From NCBI RefSeq assembly GCF_006345805.1, contig NC_042997.1:159960001-160024000 (forward strand): 64,000 nt of DNA, in the 5' to 3' direction. Positions within the stretch are counted from its first letter, which is position 1. Every line of letters starts with the position of its first letter. The DNA is from Octopus sinensis (Eukaryota). This document shows positions 1 to 12,333 of this stretch, in pieces. The notes beneath the pieces are model-generated. The model searched no databases. It was not told where the DNA came from and saw nothing but the letters and a program-made list of their open reading frames with translations. A program made the translations under genes and the position numbers.

Positions 1-44
1 TCTTTAAAATTTACCTTCATTTACTTTTTTATAATTTTTCGTTG

Positions 45-99
<55 letters not shown>

Positions 100-1454
100 T
101 GTTAATTCGAGGAAGTTAGATCCACATTAAGCATTATATATCCCAAAATATTCTACTGGTTAATCACTATCACATAAGGAGAAAGTCTCTTCCATATGTT
201 AGGGGTTTTTGCAGTAATAATTATCATTATCATTGAAAAAAAGAAGAAACTGGAGAAAGATGGGGGAATGAATAATTTAGTTATATGATATGAAGATGTT
301 GAAATTTTTAAAAACATAACAATACAAATAAATTATAAGTTGTAAAGCTCAGAAGGAAAATGAGAGGTGTGAAAAATCTACATATATGTTTCAGTTTAAC
401 CTCTAGTTGATATGCAATTATAAGTATTTTGGTTATAAGCTCAGAAAGGTATCATATCTAACTATATTTGATAGAATTTCTTCAGGGTTCATATGAGCTT
501 AAAGAATTAAGGTTAACATTTTTCTTTGAAGGATGTATAGAGAATATTAATGAGTTTAAGAAGTTAGATCCTATATATAATCTACGTGTATCTAGTTGGT
601 GAGTATTAGATATTAGTGAAGATGCCATTTAGTACAAATTAATGTAAATAAAAAATAAAAATAGAGAACAAAAAATAAAAATAACCTAAAATTATAAGGG
701 TAAAGAAAGATAAGAATGAGAAAAATAAAATCAATGATAAATAGAAATTTTTAAAAAATATATGTAAAATATAAATAAAAAGAAAATATAGATAGGAGAA
801 AATGTAAAAAATAATATATTTAGTATAAAATTTAAATACGAAGAAAAAATATATATAGTATAAAATCTAAATAAGAAGAATTATTATATAGTATAAAATC
901 TAAATAAAAAGAAAAGTAATAATACTTAAGTATGCAAGGGAACAAATTATCTTATAAAAGAAATGAAGGATAGGTTAGATGAAAAAATATTATTTGTCGG
1001 TTGTATATAAAAATAAATTATTTCTATTGGTTTGGTAATAGATACAGTTCAGGAAAGCTATACATGAGTAACGATCTCATTAATGGTGGTGGTTGTGGTA
1101 GGAGGGGGAAAACACAGGCACACAAAAACATACGTACCTACAAACATAGATATGTGTGTGTATGTATGCATACATATATGTATATAAGTGTGTGTGTATG
1201 TATACATACACATATGATGAAATGTATACAAATATATTCGTACATAAACACATGCATATATCAACACAATTTATATAGTTATAATTACATATATAGAACC
1301 TGTGTCAAAGATATTTTTAATAAATACTATTAGAAAATATAAGTCAATAAGGTTAGGTTTTGGGGAGTTTAATGTTTAGAAGTTTCCGATATGTTAGGAA
1401 AGGAAAAATTGAACAGGGGGTAAGGAAAACAAAACTATCACTTTTTTTCTCTCT

Positions 1455-2150
1455 AGTTTTAGCTCGGATCTGCGGCCATGCTGATGCACCGCCGTTTTGC
1501 TACACTATTATTACTAAGAACCTCCTGTACTATGTGGCACTTGCTGAAGATGGAGTTTGATATAGCTACCCTCATTTGTACCTCTTGGCGTGAGGTAGGT
1601 TTATCTGGGACTCTCGACAGGAAGAGGTCCAGCTTTGATTTAAAAGCCCCTACATCTACTTTGTGCAAGTTCCTCAAACTTTTTGGGAGAATATTAAAAA
1701 GCTGTGGGCCCTTGAAACCAAGGCTGTTGCAGTAACTGGTCCTGAAGCGTGATGGCATTGCTGGGATCTTTGGCACTATGCAGTGTCGTCCCGTTCTGGC
1801 ATTGGTGTAGCTTTCAATGTCAACATTTGGCACAATTCCTTCCAGGATCTTCTAGATATATATTACTTCCTGGGAATAGAATCTTAGCTGTTTCAACCTT
1901 TCCCAGTGGCCGAGCTGTTACAAAGAGACGATCTTCTTTGTGAATCTTCTCTGGATTGCTTCAAGGTCCGCTGTTAATTTCTCACTGGTGGGTGACCATA
2001 GCTGTGAGCAGTAATCCAGGCGGCTGAGGACGAATCTCCACCAGTGGACCATCATGGTTTCCTTATCTCTGGTGTTTACAAAGAAAATTCCGAAAATGAT
2101 ATTCGCCATCTGTATAGCACATTCGATCTAGCACATGGAGCTTCATCAGA
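1455..2150 (-). mobile_element. CR1-type LINE, 3' fragment (RT C-terminus plus 3' UTR), disrupted
   Basis: Minus-strand pieces read SRLDYCSQLWSP...LEAIQRRFTKKI (1918-2109) and GPQLFNILPKSLRN...FKSKLDLFLSRVPDKP (1459-1833), typical CR1 RT C-terminal motifs. The frame is broken between the two pieces. Confidence 0.8.
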
Positions 2151-3019
2151 GTGAATACAAATATAAAAAATAATAAAATAAAATAAAATAAACGAAAGGA
2201 AGAGGAAAGAACAGAGCCTCGAGATGAGGCCAGAAAGCTCAATTCATACCATTTGAAGTCGATAGGCAAATGAGGGAACTGCCAAATGGGCTAGAGAAAA
2301 ATTTTGGGGCTATCTCTTTATGTAGGGGTTGAAGAGTGTATAAATAGTAGTAGGATAAAACTAGTGCTAAAGTAAAACAGGAATTGCCAATGTGTCTAGA
2401 AAACAAATAGTACTTATGATATGGTAAACAGAGCAAATAAATATTTATCCAAAAGCAAACCCGTAGAGCTTTTACAATGGTGTACATACTAAAATATTCT
2501 AGAGACTAAACACCTGTTATCCGGAATGGAAATGACCAAAGTACTGCAATCTCTACAAATGATCAAGTATATTTAAACCAAGGACAAGGTAAGAACGTTG
2601 CAATGGTTGACGTAGGTAAAGAAGAAAAATGAAGCAGTAACTAAAAATGTGGGGGGGAGTCTATGTCATAAGTAGCAAGAGGCCGCTTATGCTAGCCAAA
2701 AATCGGCTGCGAGCTGATACAGTTTAATACTGGATGTTCCGGTCGCTGATCTCTTATATACAACCACTGTATAACACTATCAGCTAGAAGGCCAATTTTC
2801 TCTTAACATGTACGGGCAGTGGATACTTGCCATTGATGGCGCTGAAAAACCCAGTAGAAATCCAGATTTTGAAACATCAGCACCTACTGAACGAGTTTCG
2901 CCTGTCGCTGTTATATATTTGTTCTGATTTAAAAACTATACATATATGTCAGATGCTTTCTCCAGACGAAAATGCAGAGAGCTGGTGAAATGTAAAATAC
3001 ATTTGTTCGATACGCTACG

Positions 3020-3420
3020 CAATGTAAAATGGAGCCTGCATTTCGATGGTGAACATTGATGGAAGTGAATATCAAGCAGTTGTCATCAAGACTGAAACAA
3101 GTGAAATCAAGCTGGCTGCTCTGAAGCTGTGTGATGGCAAGGCTGAGATCATTGCAGAAGGACTGAAAAGCATCTTGGACGAATTTCATTTATGGGGCGC
3201 AATCCGAATGATTATTGCTGATACAGTGAGTGTGAATACAGGACGAAAGAGGGGGCTAGTGGCTAGACTGCAGAGAGTGTTCTTGAGCAAAGGCTATGAC
3301 AAGCCACAATTCATGAGCTGCCAGCATCATGTATTGGACATAATTCAGCGCGTTGTTATGGACGAGGAGCTAGCAGGCGCAAGCAATTCACCCAACATCT
3401 AATATTTTTTGTCAAATAAC
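3020..3420 (+). mobile_element. Cut-and-paste DNA transposase fragment, hAT-superfamily-like (possibly hATm group)
   Basis: LHFDG (frameshifted, ~3035-3050) is followed by ORF 3046-3402 with IIADTVSVNTGRKRG and MSCQHHVLD, i.e. D / DTxxNTG / CxHH motifs of a DDE transposase. No termini were identified. Confidence 0.55.
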
Positions 3421-4648
3421 TCAAGGCTCCTTCCAGAATGGAACTGATGTTATTGAAGATCAAGGTAGCTGGGGAGATATTATGAAGTTTCTGTTCCACT
3501 TAACCCATGCCAAGAAAACGTGACCTGCCTTTCATCAAGTTTTAAAAATTTCGAACATCAGTAATGGCAGATGGAATTCGCTAGCAATATTAACCCTTCT
3601 TGCAATTTTTTCTCATGCCACATGTGAGAGAAAGATTGCAGATGGTCTGCCACTTCATCTAATATAACCGGGTGGACCATGCCTTACTTAGGGTCCATGT
3701 AGTTTCATGAGCAAAAAATGTTCAACTTCTTACCTAGAGCGAGCCCATGGCAATATCATATCTTCTCCACTATTTCAGTATTACGTGTTAAAAGTGAAAC
3801 AAACATTTCTCTATTTTATATCAGATACTTTCACTTTAACAATAAAAATAATAATAACAATTGAATTATATGTAGTAAGTGATAATTAAAATCAAACTAA
3901 AGTATAATATAATCGTAACATAAAAAAAAGTAAAAATAGCAATTGGTATAAAATTGCATCAATGACTTGAACTTGAATAAGTGGTTTCACATGAATGGGA
4001 ATGAATTAAAAAAAAATTAGTCTGCAGAAATGGAATAGTCCAGATGGATAATAAAAAATTAAATTAAAGAAAAGACTATTGTCTATAAAGTATACAATGT
4101 AGAGAAAAAAAGAAGATTTGAACACATGGAGGAAAGCACCTTCGAAAAGTGTCTTGGTGTGACTATGACAGATATCTAATCAGAAGCGGTAAATTTGCCA
4201 CAATAGAAGCAAGGTTCGAGTCAACGGAGCGTGCAAGGGAGTACTCGACTAGAACTTGCAAAGAGGAAATATTTTATTTTTACCTTTATATGTAGGACGT
4301 AGGACGTCCCGGGAAAAAAAATTAAAATGCCCCTCCCTCAGAAGTAGAGGTAGGCTGGATTGTAGCCACACTTCTATACACGAGGGAGGACAAGATACAA
4401 TTGATCGAAATTACAAGAGACGGGCAAACAATTCCAGTCTGTTATATATTTTGAGTATTGTTATCACTAGCGATATCAAGATATAACTTTGTATTTTGTA
4501 TTTTATGTGTAGATGTATATATATATAAATGTACATGTAATATGTAAACATATATATATATATATATACATAGATACATGCACTAGCACTATGACCCGGC
4601 AACGACTGGTCTTTAATGCTAGTATATATATATATATATATACATATG

Positions 4649-4717
<69 letters not shown>

Positions 4718-4782
4718 CATACATACACAAAATGGTACAAGAACGCAAATCATCGTTAGGTGAGGTAAGAGAGGAACAACAA

Positions 4783-4900
4783 AACATCCAGATAGGAATT
4801 ACAAAGAAGACATGGACGGGTCATTCTGAATTTTCTTTCCTCAGTCGAGTTCCAGATTATCTTTGCAATTTCTTATGGTTATACTCGAGATTGCTTGAAA
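4783..4900 (+). repeat. Partial copy of the unclassified interspersed repeat also seen at 8570-9480 and 60500-61530
   Basis: Shares TTTTCTTTCCTCAGTCGAGTTCCAGATTATCTTTGCAATTTC...TATACTCGAG with 61390-61450. Confidence 0.7.
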
Positions 4901-5402
4901 CTGTTATAAATAGCGTGGGAAAAAGTCCCAATTTGCCGAACTCTAGTACAATTCTGCGGTATGTTACGAACTACATGCTCTTTCTTAGCCATTCTAATAA
5001 CTACATACGATTACAACATCCAAAATAACATAGTGCATATTTATATATATTTATTGTCTTTAATCAAGACCAAATGATAAATTATCACTTTTAGCTATTG
5101 TAGCTCGCATTATATGATTTTATCACGTACTTTGTAATGCATGAACATCATATAATTTGTGCGGCAATATTCAGTCATGTTTAAATGTTTACTTGGTGTT
5201 CTCTAGTTATTATAAACAGACTTCAATAAATGAGCCAATAAATCATTGCTACGCTCACTCCAATCAGCACTTCTTTTGTTATTAGATGTGGCTTATACAT
5301 AGAAAATATCTGATGGATTTTTTTCATAGGAAGTTTTTAAAAGTCGCTTACTGAAATTTAGGTGAAAATTTCAGGATAAAGTAGCGCTACTGATGTATAT
5401 AT

Positions 5403-5502
5403 NNNNNNNNNNNNNNNNNNNNNNNNNNNNNNNNNNNNNNNNNNNNNNNNNNNNNNNNNNNNNNNNNNNNNNNNNNNNNNNNNNNNNNNNNNNNNNNNNN
5501 NN
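5403..5502. other. Assembly gap (100 N)
   Basis: Run of N in the sequence. Confidence 1.
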
Positions 5503-5929
5503 TTTTGGACTGCCCACACGGAGCCCATAGCTCCGTGTGGGCAGTCGTTCAACTCCATTCTTTCATTATTTGTATTAAAGAAACACACAAATTTCACACG
5601 ATAACACGTGATCTCCGCCCAAGGCATGTAGCTTCAACCGTGTTTTTCTGACGTGAATTTGCTACCCAGGTATCGATTAACCGAATTATCCATAATAAGA
5701 TAATTCATTCAACTACTCAATTAAAACTCGCCAAGAAAAATTTGAAACCACCTGATGAATGACTGCGACTCAAAAAATTTGACAGACAGTAGCCAGGAAA
5801 CGATCGAGTAGTGGATATAATTATATATTTTTAATAATTGTTACATATTTAAATAATATAAATTAATTTATGTATTGGCTTAAGTCTTTCATTGTTTGAT
5901 TGCCTAATAGTGGTTTTGTCTAATCTAAT

Positions 5930-5995
<66 letters not shown>

Positions 5996-6234
5996 GTATT
6001 TTATATATATGAGAGCTTGCAGAGTTAGTAGTTAGTATATTAATTAGAGTGTCACGCCATTTGATTGTTTGTGGAAACATTTTCACTTCAATTATAAAAA
6101 ATAAAAAGCGAGAGAAAATACAAACGAGAAGATAATTCAATACGAAATAAAAAGAGACAAGAAATCTATTTTGTGCGAGAAGTAATAATCATTCCCTTAC
6201 TCGTAAACCGTGTGAAGTGCTAATTACTTCACAG

Positions 6235-6455
6235 TGTCACGAGTAGTTCGACGAGAGAAAATCTTCACGTAATTACATTCTCAGTGCTATTAGTATGCGT
6301 GGGCAGTAATGTAGCCTGCACAGCATTATTATGGAATTCATGTCCACCACCTGTAACTGCCATTCCAGAAGCTGACAAGTTGATTAAGATGTCAAACAGT
6401 CGATCACTAATTGAGGCTTCTCTCTTTGTATGACATATTCCGAATGTGGTAAGAT
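6235..6455 (+). pseudogene. Broken copy of the signal-peptide/PAN exon
   Basis: Same acceptor (CTAATTACTTCACAG|TG) and homology to 63760-63980, but with a +2 frameshift giving TAA by codon ~13, further 1-nt indels, and deletion of the 3' third of the exon including the donor. Confidence 0.75.
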
Positions 6456-6718
6456 TGATAAAGTGTGTTTATCAACCCTTGATAACACACTTGTAGGAAA
6501 AGCGTCTTACATGTGTGTCTTTTTCTTATTGAAGATGTTATCGGACGTGCTGCCATTTCTTATCGGTCAAGCAACGAGCGTAAAGACGTAAAGTTCATTT
6601 TGGACACATAAACATGTCCTGAAATAATTATTCTTAAAATCATTTAATAGGTAGTCGTGTCATCTTATCTTAAATCTGTAATGTATATCTGCCTAACTTT
6701 CGTCATTTTTCTAAACAG

Positions 6719-6930
6719 CAGGATGCTTGATTGAAAGCGATTTAGTTTGTTATTTCTAAGATGTCTACCAACCACATAAGGGCTACCTTTCGGTTTGTAT
6801 TGTGCGGATCACTGGTTTAAAGCAATATCTCTCCCAGTATGGCGATTTGGAAAAATGCTAGGAAATGCTAGGGCTCCCCGAAATAACTTATTTTTAAACA
6901 AAATTTAATAAAAGGAAGAATAATCTACGG
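6719..6930 (+). pseudogene. Broken copy of candidate second exon (Cys-rich, sushi-like)
   Basis: Strong acceptor GCCTAACTTTCGTCATTTTTCTAAACAG|CAGGATGC. Mirrors 63150-63351 with an extra T and a 10-bp duplication (AAATGCTAGG x2). Confidence 0.4.
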
Positions 6931-7084
6931 ATGGAAACGCAATTTATATTTATTTCTAAATCATATTATTACATAACGTATATGACCAACTTCTCTCTCT
7001 CCTCTCTCTAAAATAATACGTGATCTTCTTAAAAGCAGTGTGGCAACAAGGTTTTCAATGCCAAAATGCTTGGAAAAGTCGTTC

Positions 7085-8520
7085 GAAGGTAACCGCCTTG
7101 AAATACTATATTTCAATTTCAATGAGCAAACCTTTACATTTTCTGAGCTTGCGTATTCTTTTTCCGAGATATTATCACAGGGGAATACTCATGTCGATCA
7201 ATAAACAGACATAATTGTTTTGTCTTCTACAATATCCGCCTTTATTAGCTATGATGTTTTGGTCTGTAATAATGGAAAGTCCGCAAGTATCGTTACATTT
7301 TTTTTACCTTAGTAACAATTTCAGGGTGGGGCTTTATACCACTTGTCAGCAGTTTTGATTTTATTATGCCGACATACAACCAATGTAGATATTGACCATT
7401 CTGTTATGTCCTGATTTATACTCTATTGGTGCTGAGACTACATACAGAGCTTAGGTGGTCAACTGTTTCAATCACATCATTGCAGAATCAACATTTTGGA
7501 ATCTACTCCATTTTACATCGCATTGGGTCTGTAGTACCGGGCCAATATGCTTTGATCTTGAGTAGCTGAGAGTAAGCCTGCTCTCTGCTTTCAGCCCTGA
7601 GCTTCGTAGCCACTATGGGTAGCTTTGGTCAATAGCTGCTTCTTTGCTATGTGTCACATATTTGTCATGGAGTGGTTTCATCTCCCACCTATAAGCGACT
7701 ACTCATGCTTCTTTTTCAACTAATCTCACTTTTTGTATGAACCAATAGTGCCACACGTCTCCCCAGGTCGTCAACCTGGGCATAATGGATGTGATCAATA
7801 GCAAATTCTTGCACAAATTTAGAGGTGAAAGTGATTTACCATTGAAAATAACACAGTTGACGTTCATATTATCTGCAGATAGTGCTCCATTAGAGTGATG
7901 TAATTAAAGATTCGTATTCCTCAATGACATATGCTTCAAGAAATTTGAAATTACATGGGTACTTTTTTCCTAATTCTCATCTTTACTCTTTCGGGACTTT
8001 CTTATTTATCCTTCCATCACCCAATCGTTTACAGTATTCTTAGTTAATTATGTCTCTCATTATTCCACAGTGTTGTAATGAACTTTCTTGGTAGCAATTA
8101 GCAACAAAGCATTTATCTATAGCAAACTGCATTCCATTATATTACTGTAGAGAATTACTGTTGGGTAAAATAATCCAGATCTTACTAATTTTCTGTATAT
8201 AGCTAGAGATCATCCATTAAAGTGGTGTTTTTTTTATCTTAGTTTTCGCAAGCGGGACTGAATTTTTGAGTATACTTTCAGTGGAATTTACATAATGAGG
8301 AAGTGTAAAGGAGAGAATGAGTCTCCATGTTAAAATGACCCTGCACATTTTCACGTTCTTTGCGATTCATTTGGATATGTCAGTTCTACCTCCCATACTC
8401 GCATGCTTTTTCCAAAAGTTGTTTATTCAAGTGACCTATGACATTCCAAGAGCCAGCTGTAGGGATAATATTCTAAGCCTACCTGAAATGTATCTATGCA
8501 ACATCTAAATCCCTATTCTC
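7085..8520 (-). mobile_element. Old, fragmented R4/Dong-type RLE non-LTR pieces (mirror of 61560-62980)
   Basis: The mirror copy reads IIPHSWLLEC, IFHGDSFSPLLF, INH..MDDL.LY, GMQFAIDKC, VIFNGNSLSPL and PNKADII...LLIDMSIPCD..KYK.LLIEIE, with many stops. Confidence 0.75.
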
Positions 8521-8569
8521 ACTCATATTTTTTTAATATTCTACCAATACTATATATCTATCTATCGAT

Positions 8570-8845
8570 ATACATTCACTGCTTTCTTCCAAGGAATCTA
8601 GTGCTGTTACATTAGTTTTTTCTTGTGGCTGGATAGATTGGAGTAATCTCGAGTATAACTATCCGAAATTGCAAAGATAATCTGGAACTCGAATGAGGAA
8701 AGAAAACTTCTTTTTATCCTATTCCCGTTTTTATCATCTGTCGGGATGTTTTGCGTGCCTGCCTCATCTTTTGTTTCCTTTTTATATACATATGGCAGTG
8801 TACGTACACTTTGGTCTCTTATATGTAGGTAAACACACACCACAC

Positions 8846-8877
<32 letters not shown>

Positions 8878-9480
8878 TACGACTTTCTTATTCTTCATTT
8901 GATCCTTCTTTTTATCAGCCCATTCACAATTACTTCGTTCTTTCCACATCTTTCTTTCGTTCCCCCTCTCTCACATTCCTGGCTTTCTCTTCATTCTCAC
9001 GTTCCCTGCTCTTTCAATTCGCTCTGTCCTTTTTCTCGTCCTTCCCTAATTCTTCTATCCCTCTACCTCTACCTCTGTCCTCCCTCTCCACGTGACCGGT
9101 GTTTGGCCAAGCCTGATCTTTCTTTCTTGGTTCGACTACCATCCGTGCAACATCTATATTACTCCTCATTTTTGTCGTCTCTTACATCCTTGCCATAAAG
9201 CTTCACTTCCACACACGCCAATTTAATTTAATTCCTCCTTAGTCGAAAGACACCTGTTGTAATGACCTGTTATTTGCATTTGTATTTGTGTACCATTTCT
9301 CCCTTCTTTTCGTCCTTGTTTTCGTATACCATTCGCTGCTTTCTTCCAAGAAATCTAGTGCTCTAGCTTAGTTTTTCCTTGGAGCTGGCCAGATTGGAGC
9401 AATCTCGAGTATATCCAGCCGACGAAATTGCAAAGATAATCTGGAACTCGACTGAGGAAAGAAAACTCCGAGCAACCCGT
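8570..9480 (-). repeat. Unclassified interspersed repeat with an internally repeated ~140-bp module
   Basis: Module GCTTTCTTCCAAG.AATCTAGTGCT...GGAACTCGA.TGAGGAAAGAAAACT occurs at ~8580-8710 and ~9335-9470. It is mirrored at 60620-60760 and 61390-61530. Confidence 0.7.
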
Positions 9481-9639
9481 TTTTTCTTGTCCGTTTTTTG
9501 TATCATCATCTGGTGTTTTGTTGTCCCTTTTGTATCATCTAGCTCTCTGGATGTGTTGCTTTCTGGTCCCATCTTTGTATTCCTTAGATCAACAGTTAAA
9601 CTCGATTTTTTTCATTCTCTTTGCTCCTCTGACAATAGA

Positions 9640-10320
9640 TCCACCTTTAATTATATGCTTCATCTGGTGTGAGGCCGCTTAATGTTTCTTTCTGAATAGT
9701 GGTAAGCAATAATAGGTCAATAATTGCGACTTCCCCTCTCTTTTCATAGTCATTCTAGATCAGTACTCTCCTTCCTTTTGTCATCCATGCTGGTGTTCCA
9801 TTTTTTTATGCAATGAGTAAAAAATGGTCGTATATAGGTGTGTATACTTGGAAAGTTTTAAGCCAGAAACAACGGACACCATCTGTCCCAGGGTATTTCC
9901 AGTTTGGAATTTTCTTCAACATACTCTTTAGTTTCTTATCCGTGATATTTAATATTCTTTGTGTCCTTATATCTTCCATTTCTCCTTAAAATCCCTAAAT
10001 AGAATTTTCTTGCTGTTTCAGCATCTGACATATTGTTTCCCTAATTTATTTAACTTTGTTCAGTTGTTTTATAGAATTTTTCTTCCATTGTCTTGAGAGT
10101 GAAGAGCCTATTCTTCTGTCACTGATGTGTTCTCTGTTGGCATCTATAATTTTTTCTCCTTCCTTGATTTGGTTTCTTTGTTCTCGTTCTCTAACTGTTT
10201 GCTGTTCCTTATGACTTTTGCTGATTCTTCGCCGTCCGTTCCTGAGCCTTTCTTTCAACCTCTCCTTTTTATCATTGTATTTATCCATCCTAAAATCTTT
10301 TGAGCTGCACAATTTGATTC
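9640..10320 (-). mobile_element. R4-type RLE non-LTR RT N-terminal fragment (mirror 59760-60495)
   Basis: The mirror copy reads KIPNWKYPGTYGVRCFWL...TPAWMTK...SNY.PIICLPL...EQRECRKK, which is RT domains 0-2. Confidence 0.75.
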
Positions 10321-10385
10321 TCAGGCTTCCTTCTTCTTCTTCTTCTTCTTCTTCTTCTTCTTCTTCTTCTTCTCTTCTTCTTCTT

Positions 10386-10432
<47 letters not shown>

Positions 10433-10444
10433 GCTACTACTTCT

Positions 10445-10942
10445 AGGTCACAGAAAGGTCACAGAAAACGAGAAAGCAAACAATACTCTGGTATATGCCA
10501 ATACACACAGATAGATAAATTAAGGCAAATATGCCAGATATACTTGTCAGAGATCATGACGCTAAAAAATGCTTTCTTTTTGATGTATCACTACCAGCAG
10601 ATGACAACGTTTCTCTAAAAGAAATGGAGAACTTTAGAAATGCGAAGATCTGGAAATAGAGGTAACTTGAATGTGAAATCTAAAAACAGAAATAATTCCT
10701 ATCTTAGTGGGCGCATTAGGTATGACAAAAAATATCCAGACAAATACATAAAAAAAACACCAGGACTTACAAATTTGTATAACGTACAGTATGTTGCACT
10801 ACTGGGCACTGCACACATCCTACGCAAAACACTTTCAATACAGTAACCATAAGAGCATCACAACAAACCACTGCATATACCCAAGGCACACAGATCTGTG
10901 CTCGGAAGTGAAATGAAAGCACATTATAAAAATAAAATACTG
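10445..10942 (+). mobile_element. Dong/R4 family A-related 3' fragment (mirror 59162-59658)
   Basis: RLE-region DNA matches family A (ENEKA.ILW...TAHILR.TLSIQ). The 3' UTR ends AAAATACTG followed by (AAT)n. Confidence 0.85.
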
Positions 10943-10967
10943 AATAATAATTATTATGATGATAATC

Positions 10968-11016
<49 letters not shown>

Positions 11017-11020
11017 TAAT

Positions 11021-12255
11021 AACAATGAAGATTGCTACAATTGGCCTAGACACCTACCAGAAAAACTCTGAGGACTGGATGTTAAAACTTGTCTCAAAAC
11101 ATGAAAATATGAAAGCATCATACTCAGTCACAAAACAGGCAAAGGAATATCTAAGTGAATTCCGAATACAACCAATTTCGGAAATTAGAGATAGATATAC
11201 AAGAAGAAACAAGCACAGAAAAAGCTAGGCGCATGAAAACCCGTGCCAAAACTGCGGCCTTAGATATTCTGAATAATAAATGGCAAGAAAAACCTCTCTA
11301 TGGCAAATACCCAAAGAGAGCGAATAATGCAGATATCGACAAAGCCCTGACCCATCAATGGCTAATGGCCTCTGGCTTAAAATCTGAAACAGAGGGGTGT
11401 ATCATAGCAGCTCAAGATCAATGCCTACCAACAAGAAACTACCAGGCCAATATATTAAAGATCAGAAGCAGTCCAACGTGTCGTGTATGCAAGCAACAAA
11501 ATGAAACCATTGACCATGTGGTCTCCAAGTGCAGTCTTCTAGCGCCTACAGAGTCTCAACAGGCACGATAGAGCTGCACAATATAATCACTGGGTAATTG
11601 TAAAAACCTGGATTTGCCCCATGAAAAAAACTGGTGGGAACACAAACCACCCCCAGTGCTTGAAAATGACCACATCTCACTCCTCTGGAACTTCACCATT
11701 CAAACTGACAGGAAGATAGATGCAAATAGGCCAGACATCATCATATTGAAAGACTTCAAACAAAGAACATGCCTCCTCATTGATATGACTGTCCCAATCG
11801 ATATAAACGTATCTGTCAAGACCTACCAAAAAACTGAGCAAATTAAAGATCTTGAAATAGAAATCAGCAAAATGTGGAAGCTGAAGACTAAAACAATACC
11901 TGTTGTCATAGGTGCCCTGGGAATGATAGCAAAAGGGGCTGATAGCTATCTAACTCAGATACCAGGAAACCCAAAAATGGCAGAAGTTCAAAAGATAGTG
12001 CTCATGGGAACTGCTCATATCCTACGCAAAATACTCTCTATGTAATCTCAAGGTTTTAAAACAAACATAATTTTCGGTTTAAAAAAAAAAAAAAAACCTT
12101 TTTTTTTTAGACATTCATTAGTACAACATCCCCACCCCCAAATATATGGCACACTAGGCATAACAACAACATGAACTTCCAACCCTGTTGTCTCTTGAGG
12201 TCTCTGGGTGAGACTTGGAGCCAACTTGTACAAATATAAAGCAAAAGTCAAACAT
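11021..12255 (+). mobile_element. Dong/R4 family B, 5'-truncated, present in the left arm only
   Basis: Reads CRVCKQQNETIDHVVSKC, NRPDIII...LLIDMTVP and GTAHILRKILSM. Flanked by (AAT)n on both sides. The mirror site 59030-59160 is uninterrupted (ATT)n. Confidence 0.9.
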
Positions 12256-12256
12256 A

Positions 12257-12332
<76 letters not shown>

Positions 12333-12333
12333 C

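Noticed and set aside
97-620. Possible degenerate retroelement coding sequence at the window start (also 4060-4260)
   Set aside because: No convincing motif could be read in any frame, so it is too decayed to call.
4411-5028. ORFs rich in Tyr/Ile (also 1001-1333)
   Set aside because: They derive from (TA)n/(TG)n tracts fused to repeat fragments.
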